26,937 nt of DNA, from assembly GCA_040260805.1 (NCBI GenBank), contig JBDQPD010000041.1, forward strand, positions 1 to 26,937, read 5' to 3'. The stretch comes from Myxococcota bacterium (GTDB lineage Bacteria > Myxococcota > UBA4151). This document shows, piece after piece, positions 8,023 to 17,491 of the stretch (within the stretch, counting starts at the first letter, position 1; each line of letters begins with the position of its first letter). The notes under the pieces are model-generated. The model saw only the letters and a list, made by a program, of their open reading frames with translations, was not told the origin of the DNA and did no database searches. The position numbers were made by a program, and so were the translations under genes.

Positions 8023-9579
8023 ATGGTTCGGGTTGAATCGCTTCATCGTTCGGTGGTTGTCGCACTGACTGTTGCGGCTGGTGTTGGCTGCTCAACGCTG
8101 GACGTACCCGCGGGCGGCCTGGCAGACGCAGGCGCTCAAGACGCCTCGGTGTCTGTCGGTTTTTGCGGAGATGGTGTGGTTCAGGATCCAGAGGCTTGTG
8201 ACCAAGGCAGCAACAACAACGATCGTGAACCGAACAGCTGTCGTACGAACTGCAGCCTACCTCGATGCGGTGACGGTGTAACGGACGAAGGTGAAACCTG
8301 CGATGACGCCAACTCGATTGGGGCAGATGGCTGTGCGCCAGGTTGTCGAATCGAAGAAGGCGAGCTTGAAGCCGAGCCCAACGATAACATGCAACAAGCC
8401 CAGATGGTCGATACAGACGCCCAAATCCATGGTCGTCTGACGGATGGTGACCAAGACTGCTATCAAGTCACGGTCCCTGATATCGGCAACCTGACCATCG
8501 AAGTCGACGATGGAGCGGAGGGTTGCCCAGGGGACACCTATTTACGGATCTACTCAGCCGAATCCGGCGACATGGTGATGCAAGATGACAACAGCGGAGC
8601 CGGCTCATGTGCCGCTATTTTACCCAATGAGAACCTCAGCGCTCGCTACCTCGCAGGAGGCGACTACGTCGTCTGCGTTGCGGGTTTCCAGCGCGTCCCG
8701 GTGGATGGCTACTCAATCCGTATCAAGGCGCTCGACGACAGCTGCCTAAACGGTCGGTTTGCGATGAACGACGAGGTGGATCTCGACGCAGATGGCGAGG
8801 CTGATGCCTGCGACAGCGACGACGATGATGACGGAATCTCTGATGTTAATGACAACTGCCCAAGACACCCTAATGGGTCGCGACCCGAGTTCTTTCGCAC
8901 CGACTACAATGGGATCGTCCGCAACTGGTTATTGATCGGACCCTATGTCGATGCTGAAGCAACCTGTCAGGTGAGCGTGGAGGACTATTTGCAAGGTGAG
9001 CAAGCGGTTCAACCTGAACTTGGTGACACTTATGGGATCAACAGCTGGGAGCGCGCCCAGGCTCCGAGTTCTGGCTACATAAACTGCTCCTCCCTGATCG
9101 CCAACCGGGCAGACGTCAACGCCTACGGCGCCCTGTGGGTGTATGCCGAAGAAGCTCAAGACGTCATTTTGCGTGTCGGTACTGATGACGGCGGTAAGGT
9201 CTGGTGGGACGGCGAAGAGATCATCGATAATCGTATCTGCCGAGGGTATATCCTCACCGACCACGAGGTGCCTCTAACGATCGAGCCTGGCTTGCATCGA
9301 TTGCTGGTCAAGGTGCGTAACCGAGGAGGAGCCTGGGGATTCGGTGCGAGCTTTACCACCCCCTCAGGCCGACCGGCACATAGCCTACAGCTCCGACTGA
9401 CAGGCGCCAGCGAAGGACGAGACAATCAAGGCGACGATGATCGAGATGGAATCGGCAATACCTGCGACAACGACGCCGATAACGATGGGATCGCTGACGA
9501 TCGAGACAACTGCCCGTACACGCCAAACCCGAATCAATCGGACAGCAACTCAGACGGTATCGGTGACGCCTGCTCTTAG
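8023..9579 (+). CDS. Multidomain lipoprotein: two Myxococcus Cys-rich (DUF4215-like) repeats, PPC-like beta domain, thrombospondin type-3 repeats, inserted PA14-like beta-sandwich
   Basis: Lipobox [17 protein letters not shown] and [14 protein letters not shown] repeats. EAEPNDN...DQDCY PPC-like start. DNCP..PN and D.DG.GD.C TSP3 motifs. WLLIGPY...[12 protein letters not shown]...HRLLVKV...GGAWGF domain. Confidence 0.75.
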   Translation: MVRVESLHRSVVVALTVAAGVGCSTLDVPAGGLADAGAQDASVSVGFCGDGVVQDPEACDQGSNNNDREPNSCRTNCSLPRCGDGVTDEGETCDDANSIGADGCAPGCRIEEGELEAEPNDNMQQAQMVDTDAQIHGRLTDGDQDCYQVTVPDIGNLTIEVDDGAEGCPGDTYLRIYSAESGDMVMQDDNSGAGSCAAILPNENLSARYLAGGDYVVCVAGFQRVPVDGYSIRIKALDDSCLNGRFAMNDEVDLDADGEADACDSDDDDDGISDVNDNCPRHPNGSRPEFFRTDYNGIVRNWLLIGPYVDAEATCQVSVEDYLQGEQAVQPELGDTYGINSWERAQAPSSGYINCSSLIANRADVNAYGALWVYAEEAQDVILRVGTDDGGKVWWDGEEIIDNRICRGYILTDHEVPLTIEPGLHRLLVKVRNRGGAWGFGASFTTPSGRPAHSLQLRLTGASEGRDNQGDDDRDGIGNTCDNDADNDGIADDRDNCPYTPNPNQSDSNSDGIGDACS

Positions 9580-12500
9580 TTGTTGAGCTCGCAGGTGTTG
9601 GAGCAGCCGTCTCCATTGCTCTGGTTCCCGTCATCGCACTCTTCGTAACCAACTTGCCCGGGTCCGATGTCTTGACGTCGGACGCCGTCGCCGCAGCGTG
9701 AGGGCTGGCAGTTACTCAGACAGCCATCGTTATCAAAGGCGTTGCCATCGTCGCATGCCTCGACGCCAGCCTGAGCGATCCCATCACCGCAACGAGCGAC
9801 CGTGCAGACGTTGGTGCAGGCGTCAGCAGGCTGGTTGTTGCCATCATCGCATTCTTCAAAGTTTGGATGCGCCGGCTGCAGATCACTGCGCCTAATCCCG
9901 TCACCGCAGCGACCGGCGACGCAGTCATTTCGGCACGCATCGGTGTCGACACGGTTACCGTCATCACAAGCCTCATAACCTGCCACACCCAGACCGATAT
10001 CGTTGCGTTGAACCCCATCACCGCAAGCCGCCGGTGTGCAATCGTTTCGACACGAATCTAGATCGTTGTCATTACCGTCATCACAATCTTCGACTCCGCC
10101 CCGTACGACCCCATCGCCGCAGCGAGCGAGCGTGCACGCCGTCGTGCAGCCATCATCATTGCTGGCGTTTCCGTCGTCGCAGGCCTCATAGCCCTGCTGA
10201 CCTTCGATCCGGTCCACGCGCCGGTTTCCATCACCGCACACTGCAGCTTGGCAGGTGTTGGTGCAGCTATCGCTCTGGTCTTGATTGCCATCATCGCAGA
10301 CCTCACCGGGATCTACGATGTTGTTCCCGCAGCTCTCGACTCGGCAACCGCTTGAGCAGCCATCACCGTCGTCCATGTTTCCGTCGTCACAAGCCTCGTA
10401 GCCGGGCTCTCCGAGCGCCAGGTCCGTGCGTCTTAGACCGTCACCGCAACGAGCCAGAGCGCACCCATTACGGCACGCATCAGAATCGATTTGATTGCCA
10501 TCATCGCAAGGCTCGCCCGGGTCTTGAACCCCATTACCGCAGCCCTCAAAAGCGCAGCCGACGCTGCAGCCGTCGCCGTTGTTGGCGTTGCCGTCATCGC
10601 AAGCTTCATAACCTGGATTTCCAGGCGCTAAATCCTCGCGATGCAATCCATCACCACAGATGGCTCGCCAACATTCGTCCGTGCACGAGTCGGTTGCGAC
10701 CTGATTACCGTCGTCGCATTCTTCATAGTTCGGCGCACCAAAAGCGATGTCGGTGCGCAGCACGCCGTCACCGCAGCGCGCTCGCCGGCAGTTGGTGCGG
10801 CAGACATCATCTTCCCACTGATTTCCATCGTCACACTCTTCATAACCCCACTGCCCATCTTGTCGGTCCTGACGGAAAATACCGTCGCCGCAGCGAGCTG
10901 GAATGCAGGTGTTCAGACACCCATCGGTGTTGATTTGATTGCCATCATCACAGAGCTCTGCGTCAGGGTGATCCTGAGCTAAATCATTGCGCACTCGGCC
11001 GTCGCCACAACGCGCCACGGTGCAGTCATTGGTGCACGCATCCGCATCGTTTTGATCGCCGTCATCGCAGGCCTCGTGACCCACGTCGCCGACGCCTAAG
11101 TCCGCACGAACGATCCCGTCACCGCAGCCAGCGATCATGCACTGATTGGTGCAGGCGTCTTCATGGACTCGATTCCCATCATCGCAGCTCTCGTAACCGA
11201 GCTGACCTGGTGGCAAGTCGGCGCGCCGGACCCCATCACCGCAAACCGCTGCGAGACAGTTCGTACGGCAGGCGTCGCCATCGTTGAGGTTGCCATCATC
11301 GCAGGCCTCATAATCGACATCGCCTTCACGCAGATCCAAGCGACGCACTCCGTCGCCACAGCGGGCGATCAGGCAGTCGGTTCGGCACGCATCTTGGTCG
11401 ATCAAGTTGCCGTCGTCACAGGCTTCGTAACCGACCGCACCAACGCCGAGGTCTCGACGCTGAATCCCGTCGCCGCAGCGAGCGCGCTCACAAGCGTTTG
11501 TGCACCCATTGGAGTCGCTTCGGTCGCCATCATCGCAGGCTTCGTAGCCCTGCTGACCCGGCTGAAGATCATCGCGTAAAATGCCATCACCGCACGCGGC
11601 TACGCGACACAAGTTGGTGCACAAATCATCGTTGATCTCATTGCCATCATCGCATTCTTCGCCGGCATCGATGCGCTCATTACCGCAGACCTCAATACGG
11701 CAAAGGCGATCGCAGCCGTCGCCGGCGTTGTCGTTCCCATCATCGCAAGCCTCGACGCCCTCGTGGACCAACCCGTCACCGCAAGCCGCTCGCTCGCACT
11801 GATTGGTGCACTCATCCGAGTCCACTTGGTTTCCGTCATCGCAGCTCTCGGTTCCATCACGGCGACCGTTACCGCAGCGCTCCTCTAAACATCGCGAAGA
11901 GCATCCATCATCGTCGTCCGTGTTGCCGTCATCACATTCTTCAAAGCCTGGCTCGCCATCGACCACATCGCCGCGCAAGGTGCCATCGCCGCAGACCGCC
12001 CACTGGCAAGATATACAGGCGTCGGTATCGACCTCGTTACCGTCGTCACACGCTTCATAACCGGGGTCGCCTTCTTCGGCGTCGAGTCGGCGAATCGCAT
12101 CTCCACAAAAGGCTAAACGGCAGTTCATGGTGCACCCATCGGTCACCTCTTCGTTGCCGTCATCGCACTCTTCACCTTCTTGAACGATGCCATCACCGCA
12201 ATCAGGCAGCTGGCAGGTGTTCGTGCAGGCGTCGGTGTCGACGTCGTTGCCATCATCGCAGGCTTCAGCGCCGGCGAGTACCACCCCATCACCGCAGACG
12301 TTGAGTGTGCAATCGTTCTTACAGCTGTCCCCGGGCTCCTCGTTCGCGTCGTCGCATTCTTCGGCGCCTTCTTCACCAGCCTCAAGGTCTTGGCGCACGA
12401 CGCCATCGCCGCAACGCGCAATTCGACAGTTGCTCAAACAGGCGTCTTCATCGACGGTGTTGGCGTCATCGCAGGCTTCATAGCCGGCCTGACCTTCGCT

Positions 12501-12827
12501 CAGGTCTAAGCGGCGCAAGCCATCACCGCAGGTCGCAACCTGGCAGGTGCTGGTGCAGGCATCCGTATCGATCTCATTGCCGTCGTCACAGCTCTCAGAG
12601 CCTACTTCACCCACGCTCAAGTCGGTGCGCAGGACCTTATCGCCGCAGACAGCAACCTGACAGTCGTTGGTGCAGGCGTCCCCTGCTTCCCGGTTGCCGT
12701 CATCGCAAGCTTCAAGGTCGTCGACCGATCCATTACCGCACTCGGCTTCGATGTTGCGGACGATCGTTTGACCCTCAGGACAGGCTGAAAGGACCAAGAC
12801 AAAACTGACCAGAGCGAGTCGATGCAT
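9576..12827 (-). CDS. Lipoprotein made of 29 tandem Myxococcus cysteine-rich (DUF4215-type) repeats
   Basis: Signal [16 protein letters not shown] (ATG 12827; alternative TTG 12836). 29 hand-counted CG[DN]x...E.CDD[GA][ND]...C...C units fill the whole mature protein. Confidence 0.88.
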   Translation of the reverse strand: MHRLALVSFVLVLSACPEGQTIVRNIEAECGNGSVDDLEACDDGNREAGDACTNDCQVAVCGDKVLRTDLSVGEVGSESCDDGNEIDTDACTSTCQVATCGDGLRRLDLSEGQAGYEACDDANTVDEDACLSNCRIARCGDGVVRQDLEAGEEGAEECDDANEEPGDSCKNDCTLNVCGDGVVLAGAEACDDGNDVDTDACTNTCQLPDCGDGIVQEGEECDDGNEEVTDGCTMNCRLAFCGDAIRRLDAEEGDPGYEACDDGNEVDTDACISCQWAVCGDGTLRGDVVDGEPGFEECDDGNTDDDDGCSSRCLEERCGNGRRDGTESCDDGNQVDSDECTNQCERAACGDGLVHEGVEACDDGNDNAGDGCDRLCRIEVCGNERIDAGEECDDGNEINDDLCTNLCRVAACGDGILRDDLQPGQQGYEACDDGDRSDSNGCTNACERARCGDGIQRRDLGVGAVGYEACDDGNLIDQDACRTDCLIARCGDGVRRLDLREGDVDYEACDDGNLNDGDACRTNCLAAVCGDGVRRADLPPGQLGYESCDDGNRVHEDACTNQCMIAGCGDGIVRADLGVGDVGHEACDDGDQNDADACTNDCTVARCGDGRVRNDLAQDHPDAELCDDGNQINTDGCLNTCIPARCGDGIFRQDRQDGQWGYEECDDGNQWEDDVCRTNCRRARCGDGVLRTDIAFGAPNYEECDDGNQVATDSCTDECWRAICGDGLHREDLAPGNPGYEACDDGNANNGDGCSVGCAFEGCGNGVQDPGEPCDDGNQIDSDACRNGCALARCGDGLRRTDLALGEPGYEACDDGNMDDGDGCSSGCRVESCGNNIVDPGEVCDDGNQDQSDSCTNTCQAAVCGDGNRRVDRIEGQQGYEACDDGNASNDDGCTTACTLARCGDGVVRGGVEDCDDGNDNDLDSCRNDCTPAACGDGVQRNDIGLGVAGYEACDDGNRVDTDACRNDCVAGRCGDGIRRSDLQPAHPNFEECDDGNNQPADACTNVCTVARCGDGIAQAGVEACDDGNAFDNDGCLSNCQPSRCGDGVRRQDIGPGQVGYEECDDGNQSNGDGCSNTCELNN

Positions 12828-12908
12828 CGCGAACAACCTTTCATGGCGCTGACGACGTTATAGCTCGGATCGCTTGCCACGAACACCACAGACCCGTACC
12901 GACACCTC

Positions 12909-13499
12909 ATGAGTCAGCGTCTCGATCAACAAATTGAATTTATTCTGGAGATGGACCGGCTCAAATCGGTCCTTCGGCAGAACAAAACGCCGAGCGCCCA
13001 ACGGCGAGAAAACACAGCTGAGCACAGCTGGCACCTGGCGATCATGGGCTTGGTGTTAGAGGACCAAAGCCCGGCGCCGGTGGATCGAGCGAAGGTGTTG
13101 TGCATGCTCCTTTTGCATGACGTGGTCGAGATCGATGCGGGCGACACCTTCGCATATGACGACCAAGGTCATGAGGACAAAGCGTTGCGAGAACAAGCCG
13201 CAGCCGACCGGCTGTTTGGCATTCTACCCACCGATCAAACCGATGAACTGCGCTCCATCTGGGATGAATTCGAGGCAGGTCAAAGCGATGAAGCCCGACT
13301 CGCTCGAGCGCTTGATCGACTGCAACCGATCTTACTCAATCACCGTTGCGGTGCCGAGAGCTCTTGGGCTCGCCACGGCATCAGCAAGGCGCAAGTTCTA
13401 GCGCGCAACGTCGAGGTTAAAAGCTTGAGCCCTGCACTATGGGGGTTGCTCAATAGGTGCTGTGATGAGGCGGTTCAAGCGGGTCACCTCAAGAGCTAG
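12909..13499 (+). CDS. HD-domain hydrolase (HD_3; YfbR/HDDC2-like 5'-nucleotidase family)
   Basis: Motifs DRLKSVLR, RRENTAEHSWHLA, LLHDVVEIDAGDT, WDEFEAG.S.EARLARALDRLQP. Confidence 0.9.
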   Translation: MSQRLDQQIEFILEMDRLKSVLRQNKTPSAQRRENTAEHSWHLAIMGLVLEDQSPAPVDRAKVLCMLLLHDVVEIDAGDTFAYDDQGHEDKALREQAAADRLFGILPTDQTDELRSIWDEFEAGQSDEARLARALDRLQPILLNHRCGAESSWARHGISKAQVLARNVEVKSLSPALWGLLNRCCDEAVQAGHLKS

Positions 13500-15040
13500 G
13501 GCGAAAACGCCTCTAGAAAAATCTCACTCTTCGTCGAGGCTCCTTGCGAGTTGCGCACGTCCACCCAAGCCAGGACAAACTGACCTTGATGGTAGACCAT
13601 CGACGGGCTGCTGTTTCCGAGAAAGACTCTTGGATGCTTGAGCACTTTAGGCTCGGCTAAGCGAAAGTCCGAGCTCAACGGTGCGACCATCAAGCGGAGG
13701 AGTTCAGCCTCATCACCTGCCCTCAACCGGAGGTCTTGCCAGAGCATGTAGGCGTAGCCATTCGGATCTTCAGTCAACTCAAATTCGGTTCGATCAAGCG
13801 GCTCATCGGTCAAAATCAAGGGGCGCCACCGGCTGGGGGGGGCATCGATCACCGCCCGGTTGCCATGCAGTCTGTACGGCGGGTTTGGCTCGGCGCTCTC
13901 GAGATCCGTCGTGGTCCATAAAGCCACAATATCATCGCCGACACCCTGCACAACGACCTCTTGGTCGTAGCTAAAGCTCAATCCACTCGTGAGCATCTCA
14001 GTCACTAACACAGCGCCTGAACGATCAACGATGGTCACATGGTTTCGCTGGATATACATTTCGAGTCGCTGATCATACAGCTGACGCTTAAAGCCGATCA
14101 CGCTGTGCATCTGATGAGCGGCAATGCTCAGCGTCATATGAGGGAGAAAACCACCGACTGGGGTGCCGTCGCCAGCGCCTGCAATACGAGTCGGTGGGGT
14201 GAGCACGCCAGCGCCTGAAAAACGGACAAAGCGGAGCTGCTCTTTAGCTGGGGAATCACTTCGGGTGACCGCCACGAACGCGTCCCCATCGTAAGCGATC
14301 CCACCGCCAGCGCGTGCCGTCTCATCGCCTTGCTCAATCCGCTCAGGAGCGAGCACCGTGCGCCCTTCAAGGTCGACCACCATAATTTGATTATGACGCT
14401 GGTCTTGAGCATCGAGCGTTTGCATCAAGATCCCGAGGTGGTCTCGTCCATCATAAAGCACCTCCGCTCGCGCAACCGTCAAAGCCTGATCGGTCAAAGC
14501 AATGGGTTCTCCAACCGGCTCAAGCGCAGAATTCAGCGCCTGCCAATAGACTCGACGCTGCTGCTGCCGGCGATCCGTCCAGCTGATCGCAAGCTGTCCT
14601 TGAACATGATGCAACATGGGACTCAGGGCGGTGTTTACGGATTCAAAGTCGGTATGCCGAACGCCCTGGCGTCCAATCCGTAACATGCGCTGACTCGACG
14701 CGACGACAAGACCGGAGCCCGCGCCTGTCGCTTCTAGGGTATAATCTCCATCAGGTAACGAGACGACCTCGAGGCTTACGACAAAACGCCCCCCGCCCTC
14801 ATCGCGTCCAACAAAGACTTCGCTCAATCCTTCCATCGTGACCTTCGCCTCAGACACTCCGGCGGTGCTGCGCAAGATCACCTCGACCTGCGGATTGAGC
14901 TCCGGGTTGAGTCGCAGAAGCGATTCTTGAGCGAAAAATACGGCAGCTGGCGTGGGAGCAGGCTCTGGATTGACCGAGCTGTGCTGGAGACATGCAGCGC
15001 AAAACAGCGCGATCAACCCCGACCACGCACGCACGATCAA
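13496..15040 (-). CDS. Hypothetical lipoprotein (Ig-like N-terminal region, probable beta-propeller-like C-terminal region)
   Basis: Lipobox-like LFCAA-C. LPDGDYTLEAT Ig-like strand. Repeated blade-like motifs LAISWTDRR, IVALWTT, YMLWQDLR, FVLAWVDVR. TTG start overlaps the upstream TGA stop (TTGA); GTG 15034 is an alternative. Confidence 0.65.
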   Translation of the reverse strand: MIVRAWSGLIALFCAACLQHSSVNPEPAPTPAAVFFAQESLLRLNPELNPQVEVILRSTAGVSEAKVTMEGLSEVFVGRDEGGGRFVVSLEVVSLPDGDYTLEATGAGSGLVVASSQRMLRIGRQGVRHTDFESVNTALSPMLHHVQGQLAISWTDRRQQQRRVYWQALNSALEPVGEPIALTDQALTVARAEVLYDGRDHLGILMQTLDAQDQRHNQIMVVDLEGRTVLAPERIEQGDETARAGGGIAYDGDAFVAVTRSDSPAKEQLRFVRFSGAGVLTPPTRIAGAGDGTPVGGFLPHMTLSIAAHQMHSVIGFKRQLYDQRLEMYIQRNHVTIVDRSGAVLVTEMLTSGLSFSYDQEVVVQGVGDDIVALWTTTDLESAEPNPPYRLHGNRAVIDAPPSRWRPLILTDEPLDRTEFELTEDPNGYAYMLWQDLRLRAGDEAELLRLMVAPLSSDFRLAEPKVLKHPRVFLGNSSPSMVYHQGQFVLAWVDVRNSQGASTKSEIFLEAFSP

Positions 15041-17418
15041 CGCGCCTTGATCATGTTCATACCGCCAGGATAAGCATAGCTGACGTTGTCATCGTAGGCG
15101 TGCACCATCAGGCCAAAATTATCGTCGAGCATATCGACGACCTGATGAGGGCCCGACGGCATTCGCACCACGCTGCGGTACCAGTTCGATTCGCCAATTT
15201 GGGTAGGTCCCTCCAGCAAATACATGCCGCGATTTGGGTTGCCCATCTCACCTTGATTCACACCGATTCCATCGATCTGCATGATCGCGCCAGCCTGGTG
15301 AATCAATACCGCGTAGGAGAGTTCGTAGGTGTCGGCCATCAAGAAGCTGTACTGGGAGCGGTACTGGGCGACCGGCGGAATAGCGGTCATCGCCGGGTCC
15401 CCCGAATTGGGGAGCGGCGCAAACATACTGCCACCGGCCGTCAGCGCGCTGGTCACGGTTTGGGTCACCGCAATCGGACCATTGCCGCGCAGATGAAAGT
15501 CCGACCGAGTACCAAACTCGCACCACTCGCCAGCGTTGAGCTCGGGTACCCGACCCATGTGGCGACAATCCGGTAGGCTCTGAGCGACTGGACCTGCATT
15601 GGCGATGTCCTGCAAAGGCGGATCGAAATTGAGTTGCGTTCCATCCCGCTGGGCTTGAATCCGATAATAGTTCATCTCGCGTGTGTCGCGACCCCGCCAA
15701 ACGGTACGCGCCGCCACGTATTCATCGCGCCAGGTCTCCACGGGCATATTGAGACTCTCGATGTGATCGCAAGCCATCACGCCATGAGGGAGATAGGTGC
15801 AGGTGTGCCCACCAAAGACTGCGACCTCTTGGTCTGATCGAATGTGCACACCCGTCAGGTCGGCGTTCGCTAGATTCACTCCGTCGGGTTCGGTGATCAA
15901 CGTCAGCACGTCATAAGGCCGCAGTTGAGCGTGCAAGATGCCATTATTGTCGAGGGTCATCCCGTTCGGGAGCTGGACCGCCTTGTTGCTCAGATCGATC
16001 TGAACACGGGCTTCGCGATCGCTTGCGACGATCGACACGAAGCCCGGTAAGCTCTCGTAGACCTCACCCTGTAATGGAATCTGCCAGGTGTACTCAAAAT
16101 GTGGGCTTGAGACCGCATAGTACTCCTCACCCAGTGAGCCCGCAGGGATCAGAATCGAAGCGTCTGCGGTGTAGCTGTGACTGCAGCAGATCGGCTGAAA
16201 CTGGTAAGCGGTCACGGGCACGGTCGTGTCGACTCGGTAGGCAAGCGCCCGGAGCTCCGAGCGGAACTCAGCGGCTCGGCCCTGAACTACAGGAGCGGTA
16301 CCCGCCGAATTGTTGGGCAGGATCAAGCTGACCATACCGCCGGCAGGAATCTCGACACCGTCAAGCGCTCCATTCAGATTCGTTCGGCGACCGTTTGCGT
16401 CGACTTTAAACGAGTTGACCGTCGCTCTTTGAACCCCACCGAGTCCGCTGGTGTAAGTGACCTCGGTGCTGGCGACCATTTCAACGACTTGGTCGCCGGA
16501 GCGGGTCACGGTCACCCGCCCAGGCACTTCGCTCGGGTTGGCTAAGACGACCGCAAAGGGGTGCGTATCTTGGCGCACATTGACCTCGCCGATTTGGGGT
16601 AAATCCACGGCGAAGAATCGACAGCCATCGTACGAAACCATCCCCCGAGCTTCATCGCAGGGATCCACGCAGTAACCGCGTGAACACCGATTACCTTCAG
16701 GGCAAGGCTCGCCCGCATCCCAACCCGTACCGTCCTCGTTGCAGATGCCTCGAGTGGTGGCGTCAAAACAGCCCAGATCCTCGTCAACACAGATCTGTTC
16801 CAAACACGCTCCGTCTTGGCAGGTCAGCCCGTCGCCACAGTCGATGACTTGCCAGGCGCTGCCTAAGCCATCGCATTGTTCCATCTGATTCGGAGCACCC
16901 TCGATGCAGCGCGTGGTGTTCGCCTCACATAACGGTTGCTCACAGCGACCTTGCTGGCAGCGATCCTCGCCTTCACATGGCGCCTCATTCCAGCCCGAAC
17001 CGTCCCCCGCACAGATCTCACGAACGCCGTTGGTGTTGCAGCGGCTGCTTCCCGGCTCGCAGGCGCGTGCCACGCACGCGCCCCCGTCGCAGACCTCGTT
17101 CTCAGGGCACGGGTCCTCGGTAAAGCTCAGACCATCGACGCACTGTTCGCGCAGCGTCCCTTGACAGCGTCGCTCACCCACCACGCAAGCCTGGGCGCGG
17201 CAGGCGTCTTCAGCGCAGATCTCACCCTGATTGCAGGGTAGGCTCACCCAAGTCCCAGCGACGCAGCGAGCTTCATTGCTGGTGTCTTCGCAGACCTGAT
17301 CACCGTCGACACAAGTACCGGTGGTTCCCGCATCAACGGTGACGTTGTCGCCAGGGCTATCCGAATCTCCGCATGCGGAGAACGCGATCAAAGCACACCC
17401 GATCCATAGACTTCGCAT
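15037..17418 (-). CDS. IgGFc-binding-protein-domain lipoprotein with N-terminal Cys-rich repeats
   Basis: Lipobox AFSA-C. About five C..G..RC....E.C...G..W...C....C..G.C repeats. Then GCRFFAVDLP, PVTAYQFQP, ADASILIP..SLG..Y, DLTGVHIRSD..VAVFGGH.C, CDHIE, GDPAM...PPV.QY, SYAYPGG, typical of the IgGFc_binding family. Confidence 0.85.
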   Translation of the reverse strand: MRSLWIGCALIAFSACGDSDSPGDNVTVDAGTTGTCVDGDQVCEDTSNEARCVAGTWVSLPCNQGEICAEDACRAQACVVGERRCQGTLREQCVDGLSFTEDPCPENEVCDGGACVARACEPGSSRCNTNGVREICAGDGSGWNEAPCEGEDRCQQGRCEQPLCEANTTRCIEGAPNQMEQCDGLGSAWQVIDCGDGLTCQDGACLEQICVDEDLGCFDATTRGICNEDGTGWDAGEPCPEGNRCSRGYCVDPCDEARGMVSYDGCRFFAVDLPQIGEVNVRQDTHPFAVVLANPSEVPGRVTVTRSGDQVVEMVASTEVTYTSGLGGVQRATVNSFKVDANGRRTNLNGALDGVEIPAGGMVSLILPNNSAGTAPVVQGRAAEFRSELRALAYRVDTTVPVTAYQFQPICCSHSYTADASILIPAGSLGEEYYAVSSPHFEYTWQIPLQGEVYESLPGFVSIVASDREARVQIDLSNKAVQLPNGMTLDNNGILHAQLRPYDVLTLITEPDGVNLANADLTGVHIRSDQEVAVFGGHTCTYLPHGVMACDHIESLNMPVETWRDEYVAARTVWRGRDTREMNYYRIQAQRDGTQLNFDPPLQDIANAGPVAQSLPDCRHMGRVPELNAGEWCEFGTRSDFHLRGNGPIAVTQTVTSALTAGGSMFAPLPNSGDPAMTAIPPVAQYRSQYSFLMADTYELSYAVLIHQAGAIMQIDGIGVNQGEMGNPNRGMYLLEGPTQIGESNWYRSVVRMPSGPHQVVDMLDDNFGLMVHAYDDNVSYAYPGGMNMIKAR

Positions 17419-17491
17419 CAAAGGCCCCCAGGGTTCGACAGAGGGCTAAGGACTAACTGGTTTGAGGTCTGATGACCACCCGTGGTGCAGA

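Noticed and set aside
10034..10933. 299-aa Arg/His-rich + strand ORF and the other short ORFs overlapping the Cys-repeat gene
   Set aside because: Antisense or alternate-frame shadows of the repetitive GC-rich minus-strand gene, with no recognisable motifs.
9576..12827. Recurring DNA motifs (gccatcatcgca, gtcaccgca) with ~93-117 nt period that might suggest a CRISPR array or DNA repeat element
   Set aside because: The copies are degenerate at synonymous positions, stay in frame and encode the CDDGN/CGDG protein repeats. There are no identical direct repeats with unique spacers and no cas genes.
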